A stretch of DNA of 63,704 nt, filler included, from Craspedostauros australis (Eukaryota): the NCBI GenBank assembly GCA_030167865.1. It is 13 parts of 13 records of this genome, joined end to end, with 100 filler letters (N's around TTAATTAATTAA, not from the genome) between each part and the next. Parts side by side here need not be neighbours in the genome. Positions count along the whole stretch, not along the records: positions 1 to 6,304 come from JALAGF010004675.1; positions 6,405 to 9,673 come from JALAGF010004678.1; positions 9,774 to 30,823 come from JALAGF010004679.1; 10 more parts are not named here. One strand, given 5' to 3'. The notes below the pieces were generated by a model that saw only the letters and a list, made by a program, of their open reading frames with translations, was not told the origin of the DNA and did no database searches. This document shows, piece by piece, positions 1-11,654 of the stretch (positions are counted from its first letter, which is position 1; every line of letters starts with the position of its first letter). The position numbers and the translations under genes were made by a program.

Positions 1-2900
1 AGTCCAATTGCCATCCACCTCCCAGGTGTCTGGTCGGAAGAAGATCGTGTACGGCATATTGGACAAGCCAGGAGCCACGAAAAGTCTCATTCCGGTGATT
101 CGAAAGTCCCTAAGTGTGCGCAAATCGAATCTGAAGGACTTTGTGATGTCACCAAACAAGCTTCGACGGGACCTTGTGTATTCCCACTCTGCGCACTGTT
201 CTGTTGGAGCTTGGCTGGAGAGTGCGCTTGGTCTGTTGGAAGGTGCTACTGATACTGATGGCGCAAAAGAAACGGATGGTGTGTTTGAAGGTGGTGCTGA
301 TACTGATGGCGCAAAAGAAACGGATGGTGTAGTGGATGGCGCAGCGGATGCCATGTCCGATGGTGTATTCGTAGCCAACACTGTCAGAGAGTCGGTTTTG
401 CAGAACTCCAACGATCCCATGAAGAAGTCGTAGAAACCTCCGTAAGCGGCATCAGGATACTCTCCAACATCTCTGCTTGACAACCCTGGGAACATGATGA
501 ACGGGCATCCCTCACATTCGAACCAGTCTGGTGGTGTAGGCCCGTAGTCCTTCGTGGCATCTTTCAATGTTTCTGTTTGCGTATCCACACGGATGGCGAC
601 CACGCCGTCGGCCTCCGAAACAGACAGTGGTGGATCAAATGTGATCACATCTGTGAACTCTTCGCTCCCCCTCGCCTCGATTGTTCCGGACGCGATTTCT
701 GTCCAGTCACCAGGTGCGTCCCACGTGCTTGGACGGTAGAAGATGGTGTATGGTTGGCTCCCAGTCGATGGCAACACGAGCCTCATGCCCGTGATGTCGA
801 TGACGCTCAATATCTCGATATCGTATCGTATAGATGCAACCTCATCTCCAAAGAAATCACGTGGGAGACCTGCCGTCTCTCCGCTGCGACATGAAGCAGT
901 CGGTGCCTGTGAGGGAACGATAGATGGCTGGGTCGTTGGTGATACTGACGTTGAAGGAGAAGCCGATCCAGTCGGCATCTCGGTATCCAGGTCATTGCAG
1001 AACTCGAGCGAACCAACGAAGTAGGGGAAGACACCGGGGTAGAAGGTGGGCGCACTGTCTCCAATTTCAAAACTGCCTTGTCCAGCATACACATCAAATG
1101 GGCAAGATGGACACGAGAAAATATCGGATGGTACAATGCGTGCGAAGCTCCAGCCTGAGGTTTGAAATTGATTGGCCATGTCGATGCGGAAGGAAACAGT
1201 GCCAGTATTCGCTGGCAGGAGCAGAGGTGAATCAAACGGAAGGGTGGCCGTATAGTCATCCGAATCTGTTTCTCCGTTGTTTCCCGATGCGATCTGAGTC
1301 CAATTGCCATCCACCTCCCAGGTGTCTGGTCGGAAGAAGATCGTGTACGGCATATTGGACAAGCCAGGAGCCACGAAAAGCCTCATTCCGGTGATTCGAA
1401 AGTCCCCAAGTGTGCGCAAATCGAATCTGAAGGACTTTGTGATTTGATCATCATCAACCAAGCCTCGACGGGACCTTGTGTATTCCCACTCTGCGCACTG
1501 TTCTGTTGGAGCTTGGCTGGAGAGTGCGCTTGGTCTGTTGGAAGGTGCTACTGATACTGATGGCGCAAAAGAAACGGATGGTGTGTTTGAAGGTGGTGCT
1601 GATACTGATGGCGCAAAAGAAACGGATGGTGTAGTGGATGGCGCAGCGGATGCCATGTCCGATGGTGTANTCGNAGCCAACACTGTCAGAGAGTCGGTTT
1701 TGCAGAACTCCAACGATCCCATGAAGAAGTCGTAGTAACCTCCGTAAGCGGCATCAGGATACTCTCCAACATATCCGCTTGACATCCCTGGGAACATGAT
1801 GAACGGGCATTCCTCACATTCGAACCAGTCCGGTGGTGTAGGCCCGTAGTGCTCCGTGGCATAAACCAATGATCCTGTCTGCGTATCCACACGGATGGCG
1901 ACCACGCCGTCGGCCTCCGAAACAGACAGTGGTGGATCAAATGTGATCACATCTGTGAAATCTCCCCTCCCTCTCGCCTCGATCGTTCCGGACGCGATTT
2001 CTGTCCAGTCACCAGGTGCGTCCCACGTACTTGGGCGGTAGAAGATGATGTATGGTTGGCTCCCAGTCGATGGCAACACGAGCCTCATGCCCGTGATGTC
2101 GATGCCGCTCAATATCTCAATATCGTATCGCACAGATACAATCCGACTTCTAATGAAATCAAGTGGGAGGCCTGCCGTCTCTCCGCTGCGACATGAAGCA
2201 GTCGGTGCCTGTGTGGGAACGACAGATGGTTGGGTCGTTGGTGATGCTGTCATTGAAGGAGAAGCCGATCCAGTTGGCATCTCAGTGTTTAGGCCATAGC
2301 AGAACTCGAGCGAACCGACGAAGTAGGGGAAGAGACTGGGGAACAAGCTGGGCACACTGTCTCCAATTTCAATACTGCTTTGTCCAGCATACACATCAAA
2401 TGGGCAAGATGGACATGAGAAAATATCGGATGGTACAATGCGTGCGGAGTCCCAGCCTGAGAATTGAAGTCGATTGACCATGTCGATGCGGAAGGAAACA
2501 GTGCCAGTATTCGCTGGCAGGAGCAGAGGTGAATCAAACGGAAGGGTGGCCGTATAGTCATCCGAATCTGTTTCTCCGTTGTTTCCCGATGCGATCTGAG
2601 TCCAATTGCCATCCACCTCCCAGGTGTCTGGTCGGAAGAAGATCGTGTAAGGCATATTGGAAAAGGCAGGGGCCACGAAAAGCCGCATTCCGGTGATTTC
2701 AACGTCTCTAAGTGTGCGCAAATCGAATCTGAAGGAATTCGTGATTTCACCAAACAAGCCTTGACGGGGCCATGTGTATTCCCACTCTCCGCACTCTCCT
2801 GTGGGAGTTAGGGTGGGGGGTGCGCTTGGTATGTTGGAAGGTGGTGCTGATACTGATGGCGCAACAGAAACGGATGGAGTAGTGGATGGCGAATGGCTGA
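1..2900. repeat. Coding tandem repeat with a ~1.3-kb period (A+B domain unit plus Pro/Ser/Thr linkers), about 2.2 copies visible
   Basis: AGTCCAATTGCCATCCACCTCCCAGG occurs at 1, 1297 and 2599. Duplicated shadow ORFs end at 433 and 1735 and start at 743 and 2045 (offset 1302). Confidence 0.95.
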
Positions 2901-5610
2901 AATCCACTTTCACGCTCACCGTCGCACACATTGGTGTCGCTGATTCATTATCGATGTTGGAAACGGAAATGACGAGGCTATCCAAGATCTTCGCAGATCC
3001 AACCCGAGGGGGCCTGTACGACGGTTGGGTCATATTCAGAATGGCCTCTAAGTCGGATGGCCACCCATAGCCTGGAAACCGATCATCCGCTGATGTGACG
3101 AGCACTTGGTTTCTGCCCAGTGGCGAATCGGCATTGAAACCGATGGCTCGGTTAAACGCGACGTAGTAGTTGAAAGCGCTCTCAGGATCATCGATTCGGA
3201 TGATGACATGGTAGCTCGTATCGGTGGGATCGTAGTCTACCACACCACAGAGCCTTCCTTCGAAGTCGATGTCTTGGCCTTCCGTGAGTGTGACGGTCTG
3301 ATCAGAATACCATCCCATATCCCAACTCTTGGCCCCTTTGAGATGGGCGTGTTCGATTTCAGTTGGTTCCGTTTGGGACGTGATTAGACGTGCGGAATAC
3401 GGGATGCCGTATGGTGAGCGCACGTGTTGTGGTTTTAGTTTTGGTGTGAGAGACAAAACAAGCACGGCAAGGCACTTGCATTGGAGAGATGAGTCAGTGG
3501 CCACACGAGTATGGCGGGAATAGTCCAACATGCCCCAGTCGATGAACGTCATAGATTGGGCGGCAATTTCGATCAGCAATTCTCGACATGCGCATACAAA
3601 CGGATCAGTGAGAGCTCCACTGGTTGAGTCCCCCAGATTCCGCCCGCTGCGTCATGCAGAGTGTTCTTTCGATGATGAAATTGGCTGTCTCAGGATAAGG
3701 CATCGATCAGGCTCTGCATTGATGGACATGTGATCTGCCGCCATCAGATCTGAGGATACTTACCGTTGTAACCCGAGAGCGCAGAAAGTGTTTCGTTGCC
3801 AATTCGATTGTATTTCCCACCACCCATGGCCCCACTGCGCGATTCATTGCAGACATGTTGATCCGTCAAGGAGAAATGGCAGAAACAAGCCCAGCAACAG
3901 CACAAAAGGGAAAGAGAAAGCAAAAGAGCGGCAGAGAAAGTGAGTGTATGCGTGCATGCAGAGGCGGCGAAGTGGTTGTTAGAAGCCGACACCATGCAGC
4001 TTCGGCAGTTGTACGTGAGCTCCAGATCATCTTCGGATGCTTACCTTGTGTCCCCGTACTCTATCCCAAGTATATTGGAATGGTGCAAGCCGAAGTTATG
4101 ACCAAGTCCATGGACGATGAGGTTCACAGCGAACCCCCAGTGTGCGTTTGGGTAGTCTTTAATACCGTTGTACACGCTGATTTCTCCATACAAGTATGCG
4201 TAAGCTGAGATTTGTCGTTGGATACGAAGCACGTTATGGACAACATGTTGGATTCGCATGGAATGACATAATTGAATGGGTGAGTAGATTGCGGTAGTTG
4301 GAAGCAGAGCAAATATCCGATCATCTCAGTATCAAATTCGTATGGTACGGTGGATCCAATCATGACCGCAGTGTCTTGAGCAATGATCTCGCCGACCTGT
4401 GGAGATCTGGGTTCACGTCAAGGAGAACCATCTCAAACGATGCCCCGTCATCATCACTATTCATGCTACAGGAGCGCCCAAGACAGTTTACCGCACTGCA
4501 TACCGGTGCGCGTGCCATTTCCCAAATGGGATGCCCGTTGCTGAAAATGGCACTGAAACTTACCAATCCAGTCTCGTTCCCCATCATCAACAGTCGAATA
4601 CGGCACCAAAATCATGAAATGATCGAAGTCGTCAAAGATCTTGGCCTCCAGCGCCAGGTATTGCCTGACGCGGTTTTCAACATTGGTGGTCTTGAGAGTG
4701 TAGGGATCAACTTCAGAAGGATAGTGAATTGTGAGGATCCCATCGTTGGTGCCATTTGTTGGCATTGTGGAAAGCGAAAGCTTGCCGAACGACATGGCCT
4801 CGAACTGGTCGGTGAAATTGGGCTGCGCATTGAACACTTTGTCCACAATGAGAGATTTTGGGACAGTGTAAGTGTTCTGAAACACAACCTGAATCAGGAG
4901 GACCTTCTTGTCGCCAACGCCCAACACATCTGGAGTGTCCAGTGCGCGTCCATGCCCGTGTCCATCCGTATGTCCATCGGTATGATGCCCAAGCAGCATG
5001 TCATCGATGGTCATGCCATCCGGCAGCTTCAGCGTGAAGTTGCTGTCATCAACGATGACGTTCTCCATGAAGATGGTGTGCTGGACGGTGGCGCTGGGGA
5101 ACGCTTGGCGGTCGATCGCCCACTGCTCTGTCAACCCATCGATCTTCATGTCGATGGGACCATGGGATGTGGCATCGACTCCTCTGAGCCTGCAGAAAAG
5201 GTCGGTTGCATCGGTTCCATCGGTGAAACCGGTGATGCGCGCGATGATGAGGCATGGTTCCTTCAGGATACTTTTGCTGTTGTTGTTCTGATTGTCGTTT
5301 GGATTGAAATTGAGTGAGTGAGATCGATTGGATGAAGGTGTGGTGGTTGTGAAAAGGGTGAATATTCGTACTCGGATGTAGGGTGGAGGTTGGAGGGAAA
5401 CGGAGTTGAGCAGACGTGGAATGCAAGGTTGAGAATGGATGATGAGATGGCATGGCCGACCCATCCACGGTCACAAGAGAGAGAGAGAGACCAACCATCG
5501 CAAAGGGTCGTTTCACTCACCGTTTGAGCTGCGGCCAATGTTACAGAGACTGCAATCACCGCAAGCAGCGCGGCAATGAGGGTTTGCTGACAGGAATGGA
5601 AGACTTTCAT
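1..5610 (-). CDS. Secreted gametolysin/peptidase M11-like protein with tandem C-terminal domains; 5 exons (5610-5521, 5287-4564, 4204-4045, 3834-3764, 3335-<1); 3' end lies outside the window
   Basis: Exon 1 encodes a signal peptide (MKVFHSCQQTLIAALLAVIAVSVTLAAAQT). All four introns are GT..AG and phase-compatible. The spliced product has M11-type motifs FDHFMIL, WIAYAYL, HGLGHNFGLHHS, EYGDTSGAMG, YNGAKSWDMGWY and YYVAFNRAIGFN. The last exon appears open to position 1, which would explain its absence from the ORF track. Confidence 0.85.
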
Positions 5611-5915
5611 GCTGGACGAGGGATGGAATTATGATTGCAATTGGAGGGATAGGCACAGATAATAGCTCGTGCAGCCATTCCTTCGCCAACCACGATCGTT
5701 GCGTTTTGGTGCCGACGAGCGTGGACGTTGCTTTCGCTCGTTTGATTCGGCCAACACAGTTCGTACCACACGCTGTTGGACTCTCATCAAATACCGACAA
5801 CGAGCGCAGCGCAGCACAGTACAGAGCACGGATGCGAGATGACCCACAAGAGGAGATCAAGGAGAGTGAAGCTCCCCCGCCTGCGACGTTGCATGTTCAT
5901 GGGTGGAGACTGCTC

Positions 5916-6304
5916 CTTCGCGGCCAGAGCGTGCGTGGTGAGGTGAAGAATGTTGCCTGTGCCAAACAACCAAGTTCACTTGAGGTGAGAAGCGGCGCCC
6001 TTGCAGATCGTGGACATCACCGAATTCGGCGCTGTTCTGTCGCTCTCGGGTACTCTACACTTAAGACAGTATCGAGAGTGACATGTCCCACACCCTGCAA
6101 CCGACATGACACTCGTTGTCCGTCACTTGTAACATGTCACTTGCGTCTGGTTGATAAAATGCCAAAGACAAATTTGTTGTTCTTGGTGACAAAAAATTGC
6201 GCGAAGGCTGTTTGCTGGAACTTCGCGGCCAGAGCGTGCGTGGTGAGGTGAAGAATGTTGCCTGTGCCAAACAACCAAGTTCACTTGAGGTGAGAAGCGG
6301 CGCC
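5916..6304. repeat. ~84-bp direct repeat (5916-5999 and 6221-6304), second copy running into the gap
   Basis: CTTCGCGGCCAGAGCGTGCGTGGTGAGGTGAAGAATGTTGCC...GCGGCGCC is identical at both positions; period 305 bp. Confidence 0.9.
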
Positions 6305-6404
6305 NNNNNNNNNNNNNNNNNNNNNNNNNNNNNNNNNNNNNNNNNNNNTTAATTAATTAANNNNNNNNNNNNNNNNNNNNNNNNNNNNNNNNNNNNNNNN
6401 NNNN
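6305..6404. other. Artificial contig-joining spacer (44 N + TTAATTAATTAA + 44 N); also at 9674, 30824, 34971, 37138, 42413, 45438, 46884, 51341, 53995, 58852 and 60468
   Basis: An identical 100-nt structure occurs 12 times. The palindromic linker places stop codons in all six frames. Confidence 0.98.
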
Positions 6405-9400
6405 TCGCGCCAAAATAATTTCAAGGTGCGACAAGGAACACACTGAGTGAAAAGTAGTCCGTTCTTTAGATGAACTTCAACTCTCCCTTTCAGTGTTGAG
6501 TCGCAGTGAGATCATGACATCGGTGAAAACTTCATCCGTAGTTGATGTTTGAATGCCTCTCTTACCATCCCATGATTTGGAATCGCAAGTATCGGAAGGT
6601 CTGGACGATTGATCCCTTGGTGAAGACATCGGCCAGCTGCTCGCCTGTCGGGATGTGTTGTACACAGATGAACCCAGCCTTGACCCAATACCAGAAGAAG
6701 TGCCACTTGGTAAGAAAGTGTTTGGTTCGAGCAGTGGGTTGGTGATTGGTGGCAAGTGAGATGCATGCTTTGTTGTCTTCGAAGACAGTGCACTGAAGGT
6801 TTGTGTGCAAGGGCATGTCTGTGCCAGCGTTGTCGATGACCTGGCGGATGAGCTGTTGAATCGGAATGAGAGTGCGCATTGCGAGGGAAAGGGCAGCGTA
6901 CTCAGCCTCCATTGTCGAGAGCGCGATCTCCGTTTGAAGCTTGGACTTCCAGATGAGCAGACATCCTCCTAGTTTGATGAGGTATCCGGTACGCGACTTG
7001 ACCGCTGTGCGATCCTGGCCGGGCTCTTGTCTGTAGAGTCCTGCGAAGTCGGAGTCAACGAAGCACGTGAGGTCCAGTTGTCCAGTGGGGCGTATGATGG
7101 TGCCCTTGTCCTGCGTAGCCTTCAAGTATCGCATAATTCGCTTAATCGCTTTTGCGTGTGAGCGACGAGGGTCGCTTCCGAAGCAAGCGACTTGGGAGAC
7201 AGTGAATGCGAGGTCTGGACGTGTGTTGGTAGTAAGGTAGAGTAGCATGCCCACCACGGAGCGGTAGTTCCAATTTTCATCCATGGGTGGCTCATGCTCG
7301 TTCCTGCCAAGTGCGGTTTGGGCCGCGGGTGTGTCAGCTCCGCCGCATTCCATCATGCCTGTTGCCGCGAGCACCTTTTGGATGAGCCCTGGCTGCCGCA
7401 AGTGGATGTAGTCGGCTTGTGGGTCACGGTTGACTTCGATGCCGAGGAACTCGTTGAAGCTTCCTTCCTGGGTGAGTTCGAATCCTCAGTTTCGCATGGA
7501 GCGGATGAAGTCGTCTGCGAATTTCTTGGTCTTGGATGCGATGCCGGCGTCATCGACGTAGAGGACTATCTTAATGCCTTCGCGGATAAAGAGGCACTGC
7601 TCCTGATCACAGGCCGTGAATCCTTTGGCAAGGAGAGCTCGGATGAGGTGTTCGTACCACAGACGAGGGGCGATGGTGAGTCCGTATAGATTCTTCCTGA
7701 GAACGAGGCAGGTGTTCGATCCCTTGCTTGACTTGAATCCTCGTGGTAGATGGAGAAACACCAGTTTGTGAATCTCTGCTTGGACGAAGGCGTTGGTGAA
7801 GTCGATGGATGTTGTGACCCATCCCAGGACGATGGACGTGATTAGGAAGATGCGAACGGAGGACCATGCCACGACTGGCGCATAAGTCAAAGAGTCTTCG
7901 AAGATGAGATCGCCGCGGCAGCACCATCGACCCTTGTACTTTTTGATTGTACCATCGGGGAGGCGCTTGCGGCGAAAGACCCACGTTCCTGGGTAGATCT
8001 TCTCTCCATACGGCACAGTGTCCTTGTCAACTTCCTCCCATGTACCCTTCTTGGTGAGATCTTGGATTTCTTTGTTCGCTGCTTGCATCCATGCGTCTCT
8101 ATTGTCATCGCGGATGGCCTCGTCGAAGGAGAGTGTGTCTGGGTCGGAGGTCGAAGCCTTGTACGCTGCTGTTCGCTCAGAGATGTCAAGGTCGGCGCCT
8201 GTAGCGAAGTAGCTCATGAGTTGCCAGTCAACATAAGCTGGGAAGTTGGTGGCATCTGGCTGTGGCTCGATGATGTTCACTGAGTATGCGTGTTGTTCAA
8301 TGTTGGCCCAATCCTTCTGTGGGATGCAGTTGTTAGTGTCGAGAATGTAGCTCGGGTCAACTGTTAGGGTGCTTTGGAGGATGGCTTGATAGTCAGTCTC
8401 GCGCGTGTTGGGTACGTGATGAACCGGCTCTGTGCCTCCTTCTTGCACTCCGAGGTTGAATTGCTGAACTTCGAACTTGCTGGGTTGCTGCCATGGTCCT
8501 GGGCGAATGGTGCTGGTGTGCTGTCGCAGGGACTCGAACGCCAGCCGGTAGTTGTGGCTCTGTCCGATTGCATTCCAGATGGAGAGGAACTTTGCCTTGA
8601 ACATTGTTGCTCCGAGCCCGCATTCTGGAGGAGTGTGCCCTTCGTTCATTAGCGTTTCGAGGTCGTCGGATTTGGCTGGATCACGAAGAGAGCTTGCAGC
8701 GAAGTCGAGCGCATCGAAGTGTGGAGTCATGGTTCCTGTGAGCATGTATTTGCTCATAATCCCGAGGAACTTGCGCACAGCGTAGACTGTCACTTCGTTC
8801 TGTTGTTCCTCGAAGAGGAATTCGCACTCGCGATCCTCCATGATGTGGAGCTCCATGTCCAGGAAGAAGTCTTCGTATAGATCTGTTACGTTGAATGGGG
8901 CGTCTTCCGTCATGTCCGTTGGTTCCGGTTGCCACCAATCAACCATGTTCGCTTGAAACTCCTCAGGCTCTATTCTTGGTAGATCGTTGACTGAAGCTTG
9001 TGGATTGAGAGTTTGGTAGCGTTGGCGCAGTTGGCGCAGTAAGTATAGTGAGTTGACTTTGAAATCGTGGAGGTAGATAGAGAGAGGATCACTGCCGTTA
9101 CGTTGTAGAAATTCAATTGTGTTGAGGCAATCGATGACAGCTCGTGAGAATACGTGAATTGGATACGAATCTGGATGTATGTCAGATGTGGCGTCGTCTG
9201 ATTCAATTTCTTCTTCAGCAGCTGTCGCAACACAAAGGTGGTACTCATCACAATCGTCGTCTTCAAGCCACGCTGCCTTGCCTCCAAGACGTCCATAGGT
9301 GAATCGACGTGGTTCTTTGCGAATCCTGGTGCTTGGTTCTCGTTTGGGCGTGATCGTGGATGTTGGTGGAATTGGTGATGAGGTCGTGGTCTCTGGTACA

Positions 9401-9673
9401 TTTGATGTTGGCATAGAGGACACGGGTTGAAGTGGTGATTGAGCTGACTGATCTTTCTTCAGCGGATCAGGGAGCTGGTCGGAAGGTTCCCATTGCGGTT
9501 CTTGTGAAGCGGGGCCCTCTTGGAGTTCCTCGCCTTCACTTGCTGCAGGGGGATAGCTGAAGTCTCCCTCTGTTGAAGACAGTGGTTGATTCACTCCCTC
9601 TGAAGCTGACATTGGAGGGGCGAGGTCATCATTGATGAAGCCTGCGTCTGTTTGCATCATTGGTTTCCGCTTT
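6405..9673 (-). mobile_element. Ty1/copia (CoDi-like) LTR retrotransposon, 3' part of pol (IN-RT spacer, RT, RNase H) with one in-frame stop at 7486-7488
   Basis: RT motifs WVFRRKR, YKGRWCCRGD, IDFTNAFVQA, LYGL, LYVDD and YRSVVGMLLYL..NTRPDL. RNase H motifs VDSDFAG, LSTMEAEY, FEDN, RTKH and QLADVFTK. ORFs 7486-9660 and 6562-7401 are in the same frame. A purine tract GAAAGGGAGAG (6481-6491) may be the PPT. Confidence 0.95.
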
Positions 9674-9773
9674 NNNNNNNNNNNNNNNNNNNNNNNNNNN
9701 NNNNNNNNNNNNNNNNNTTAATTAATTAANNNNNNNNNNNNNNNNNNNNNNNNNNNNNNNNNNNNNNNNNNNN

Positions 9774-9880
9774 GATGCGGGTGCAAAGTGGAATACGACA
9801 TCCAGAAGAACACTTGTCTATGGCGTGACACCCATTCCATCCGGATTGTTCCAGCGAGAGATCTTGGCGGCATCTGTTGA
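9774..9880 (+). CDS. 3' end of a tandem paralog of the 10401-11654 gene (truncated by the gap)
   Basis: 9774-10008 is nearly identical to 11548-11781. It encodes CGCKVEYDIQKNTCLWRDTHSIRIVPARDLGGIC* and continues into the 3' flank. Confidence 0.8.
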
Positions 9881-10400
9881 ACATGGAGCGTGTGGGCTTG
9901 GGCATCTATCACAAGGTAGAAATGGTAAAATAGTGGAGGAAGAACGTTTCGGCGGCTTCTGTATTTACCAAGGTGAACATGAAGGCAGAAGTACGTGTTT
10001 TGATCAGTAGTCGTACAAGAGGACGATGCCGTCATTTTGCTGAGACTCCCCACAATTCCACAAGTTTGTTCCTTGCACTGCGAGCATACCAACGTCGAAG
10101 AAGCGTCAATCATCGGGCAAGGAACCAAAGGAATGAATCGGATCGGTCTCCCGATCATCACAAGATCGAGCGGTGGCCACAAAAGGCCCAAATCTTTTGT
10201 GCGTGCACTGCGAACGTGTAACGAGAGATTTCACCCAGGCATTGCGCCACAGTTTCTCTCATACTTTTACGACACCCTTCTCATGTCACACACACTCTTC
10301 CCTTCTCTCAATGCACGTTGTCTCATCGCCCAGCTGTGATCGCACGCAAGTACAATTGCACCACCAGATTGCTTGAGGAAGGAACCAAAAAAGGAGCACC

Positions 10401-11654
10401 ATGACAACGAACATGGAGACCGATCTCGAGAGCGGAAGTGCTGATCGCGATGTCACCAAGCAACCTGAACCTGAGTACGTCATGGTGAGCAAAAAAGGAA
10501 CTCCTCCTCCGCCAAGTACTGCAGGCACTCCAGGTGACGGCATGGGCAGAACTAACCTCGCAGAGCGTGCTGTGTGGAAAGTTCCTGCGTCCGAATTCAG
10601 CACAACCACATTCGCTCTTGAGTTTTCAGGACGCCCGGACAATCTACCAGATGAAATCGATGCCTTCCTTTGGGGTAAGCTCGCTTATCACGTCACATCA
10701 GCACTCAAGGCACACAGCGCACCTGTGGATTCCCTCTATCGGTGGGTGTTGGGCAGCGGCAGCTTGCTGATCCTCACTATCTTCATCACAGGTTTGCGCG
10801 GGCAACTGATGACCTTGATCATCGTGCTGCCCATCGACCTTACTTTCTTGATTCTCATCATCGTTCGTTTTTTTCGGCAGCGGGAAGCAGTTAGAACCAA
10901 ACATGAATGCTTGAACACTGTGGTGGAACAGGAACTCGTGCAGCCCTTTCGCGATGTCGGATACTCCATCAAATGCATCCAACAAAAGGAGGACTCTTGC
11001 TTTCTCCAAAGTTCCTTCGTCATCCGTTCCATCTCGTCACAAGCATCGCCAGCACCATCGGAACCGCCAGCCACGGAGGCCCATTTGCCAATGACACTGT
11101 TCGAGACAGAATCTCCACCCATCCACGTTGGTGGCTACGCTCCTTGGGGCATGGCAAGCATCCATGAGGTTCCTTGTCATGGACCTTCCAACGTTGGTGA
11201 CAAAGAGGATGACACCAAACGAACATCGATGCTGGGCTTCACTGAAGAACAGTCGGAGATCATCTGGGGCGTCATCCGCGCAACCTATATGAAGCGCACC
11301 CTGGAGCACTACGAGAGCAAGTTGTTCCTCTACGATTCTCTCCACTTCATTTTCTTTGTCATTTTCATATGTGCTCTCTTCGTGGCCCCTCTCTTTGGGT
11401 GGGAGGACAAGAGCAATGTCACATTCATCATCCTGGCTGGATTCGCGGTTCTGTACCATCTGTACGAGGCATGCGTGGAGAAGCCAAGGAGCTTGGTCGC
11501 CATCCAGGAAACCACAAACGACACCGTGAATGGTATGATGATGGATCGATGCGGGTGCAAAGTGGAATACGACATCCAGAAGAACACTTGTCTATGGCGT
11601 GACACCCATTCCATCCGGATTGTCCCAGCGAAAGATCTTGGCGGCATCTGTTGA
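10401..11654 (+). CDS. Hypothetical membrane protein, 417 aa, with two similar TM-hairpin modules
   Basis: Uninterrupted ORF with two pairs of hydrophobic segments (WVLGSGSLLILTIFITG/LIIVLPIDLTFLILIIVRFF and LHFIFFVIFICALFVAPLFG/VTFIILAGFAVLYHLY), each preceded by a ..WG.. motif. Confidence 0.8.
   Translation: MTTNMETDLESGSADRDVTKQPEPEYVMVSKKGTPPPPSTAGTPGDGMGRTNLAERAVWKVPASEFSTTTFALEFSGRPDNLPDEIDAFLWGKLAYHVTSALKAHSAPVDSLYRWVLGSGSLLILTIFITGLRGQLMTLIIVLPIDLTFLILIIVRFFRQREAVRTKHECLNTVVEQELVQPFRDVGYSIKCIQQKEDSCFLQSSFVIRSISSQASPAPSEPPATEAHLPMTLFETESPPIHVGGYAPWGMASIHEVPCHGPSNVGDKEDDTKRTSMLGFTEEQSEIIWGVIRATYMKRTLEHYESKLFLYDSLHFIFFVIFICALFVAPLFGWEDKSNVTFIILAGFAVLYHLYEACVEKPRSLVAIQETTNDTVNGMMMDRCGCKVEYDIQKNTCLWRDTHSIRIVPAKDLGGIC

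Noticed and set aside
8..3070. Plus-strand ORFs in the tandem repeat (e.g. 8-433, 1478-1735)
   Set aside because: They are antisense shadows of the minus-strand M11-like last exon.
4298..5317. 339-aa plus-strand ORF
   Set aside because: It is antisense to M11 exon 2 and has no recognisable motifs.
6349..6360. Regularly recurring TTAATTAATTAA palindrome as a biological repeat or CRISPR-like array
   Set aside because: It is always centred in exactly 88 Ns and is an artificial six-frame-stop linker. ORFs ending in X..LIN or X..N are artefacts of it.
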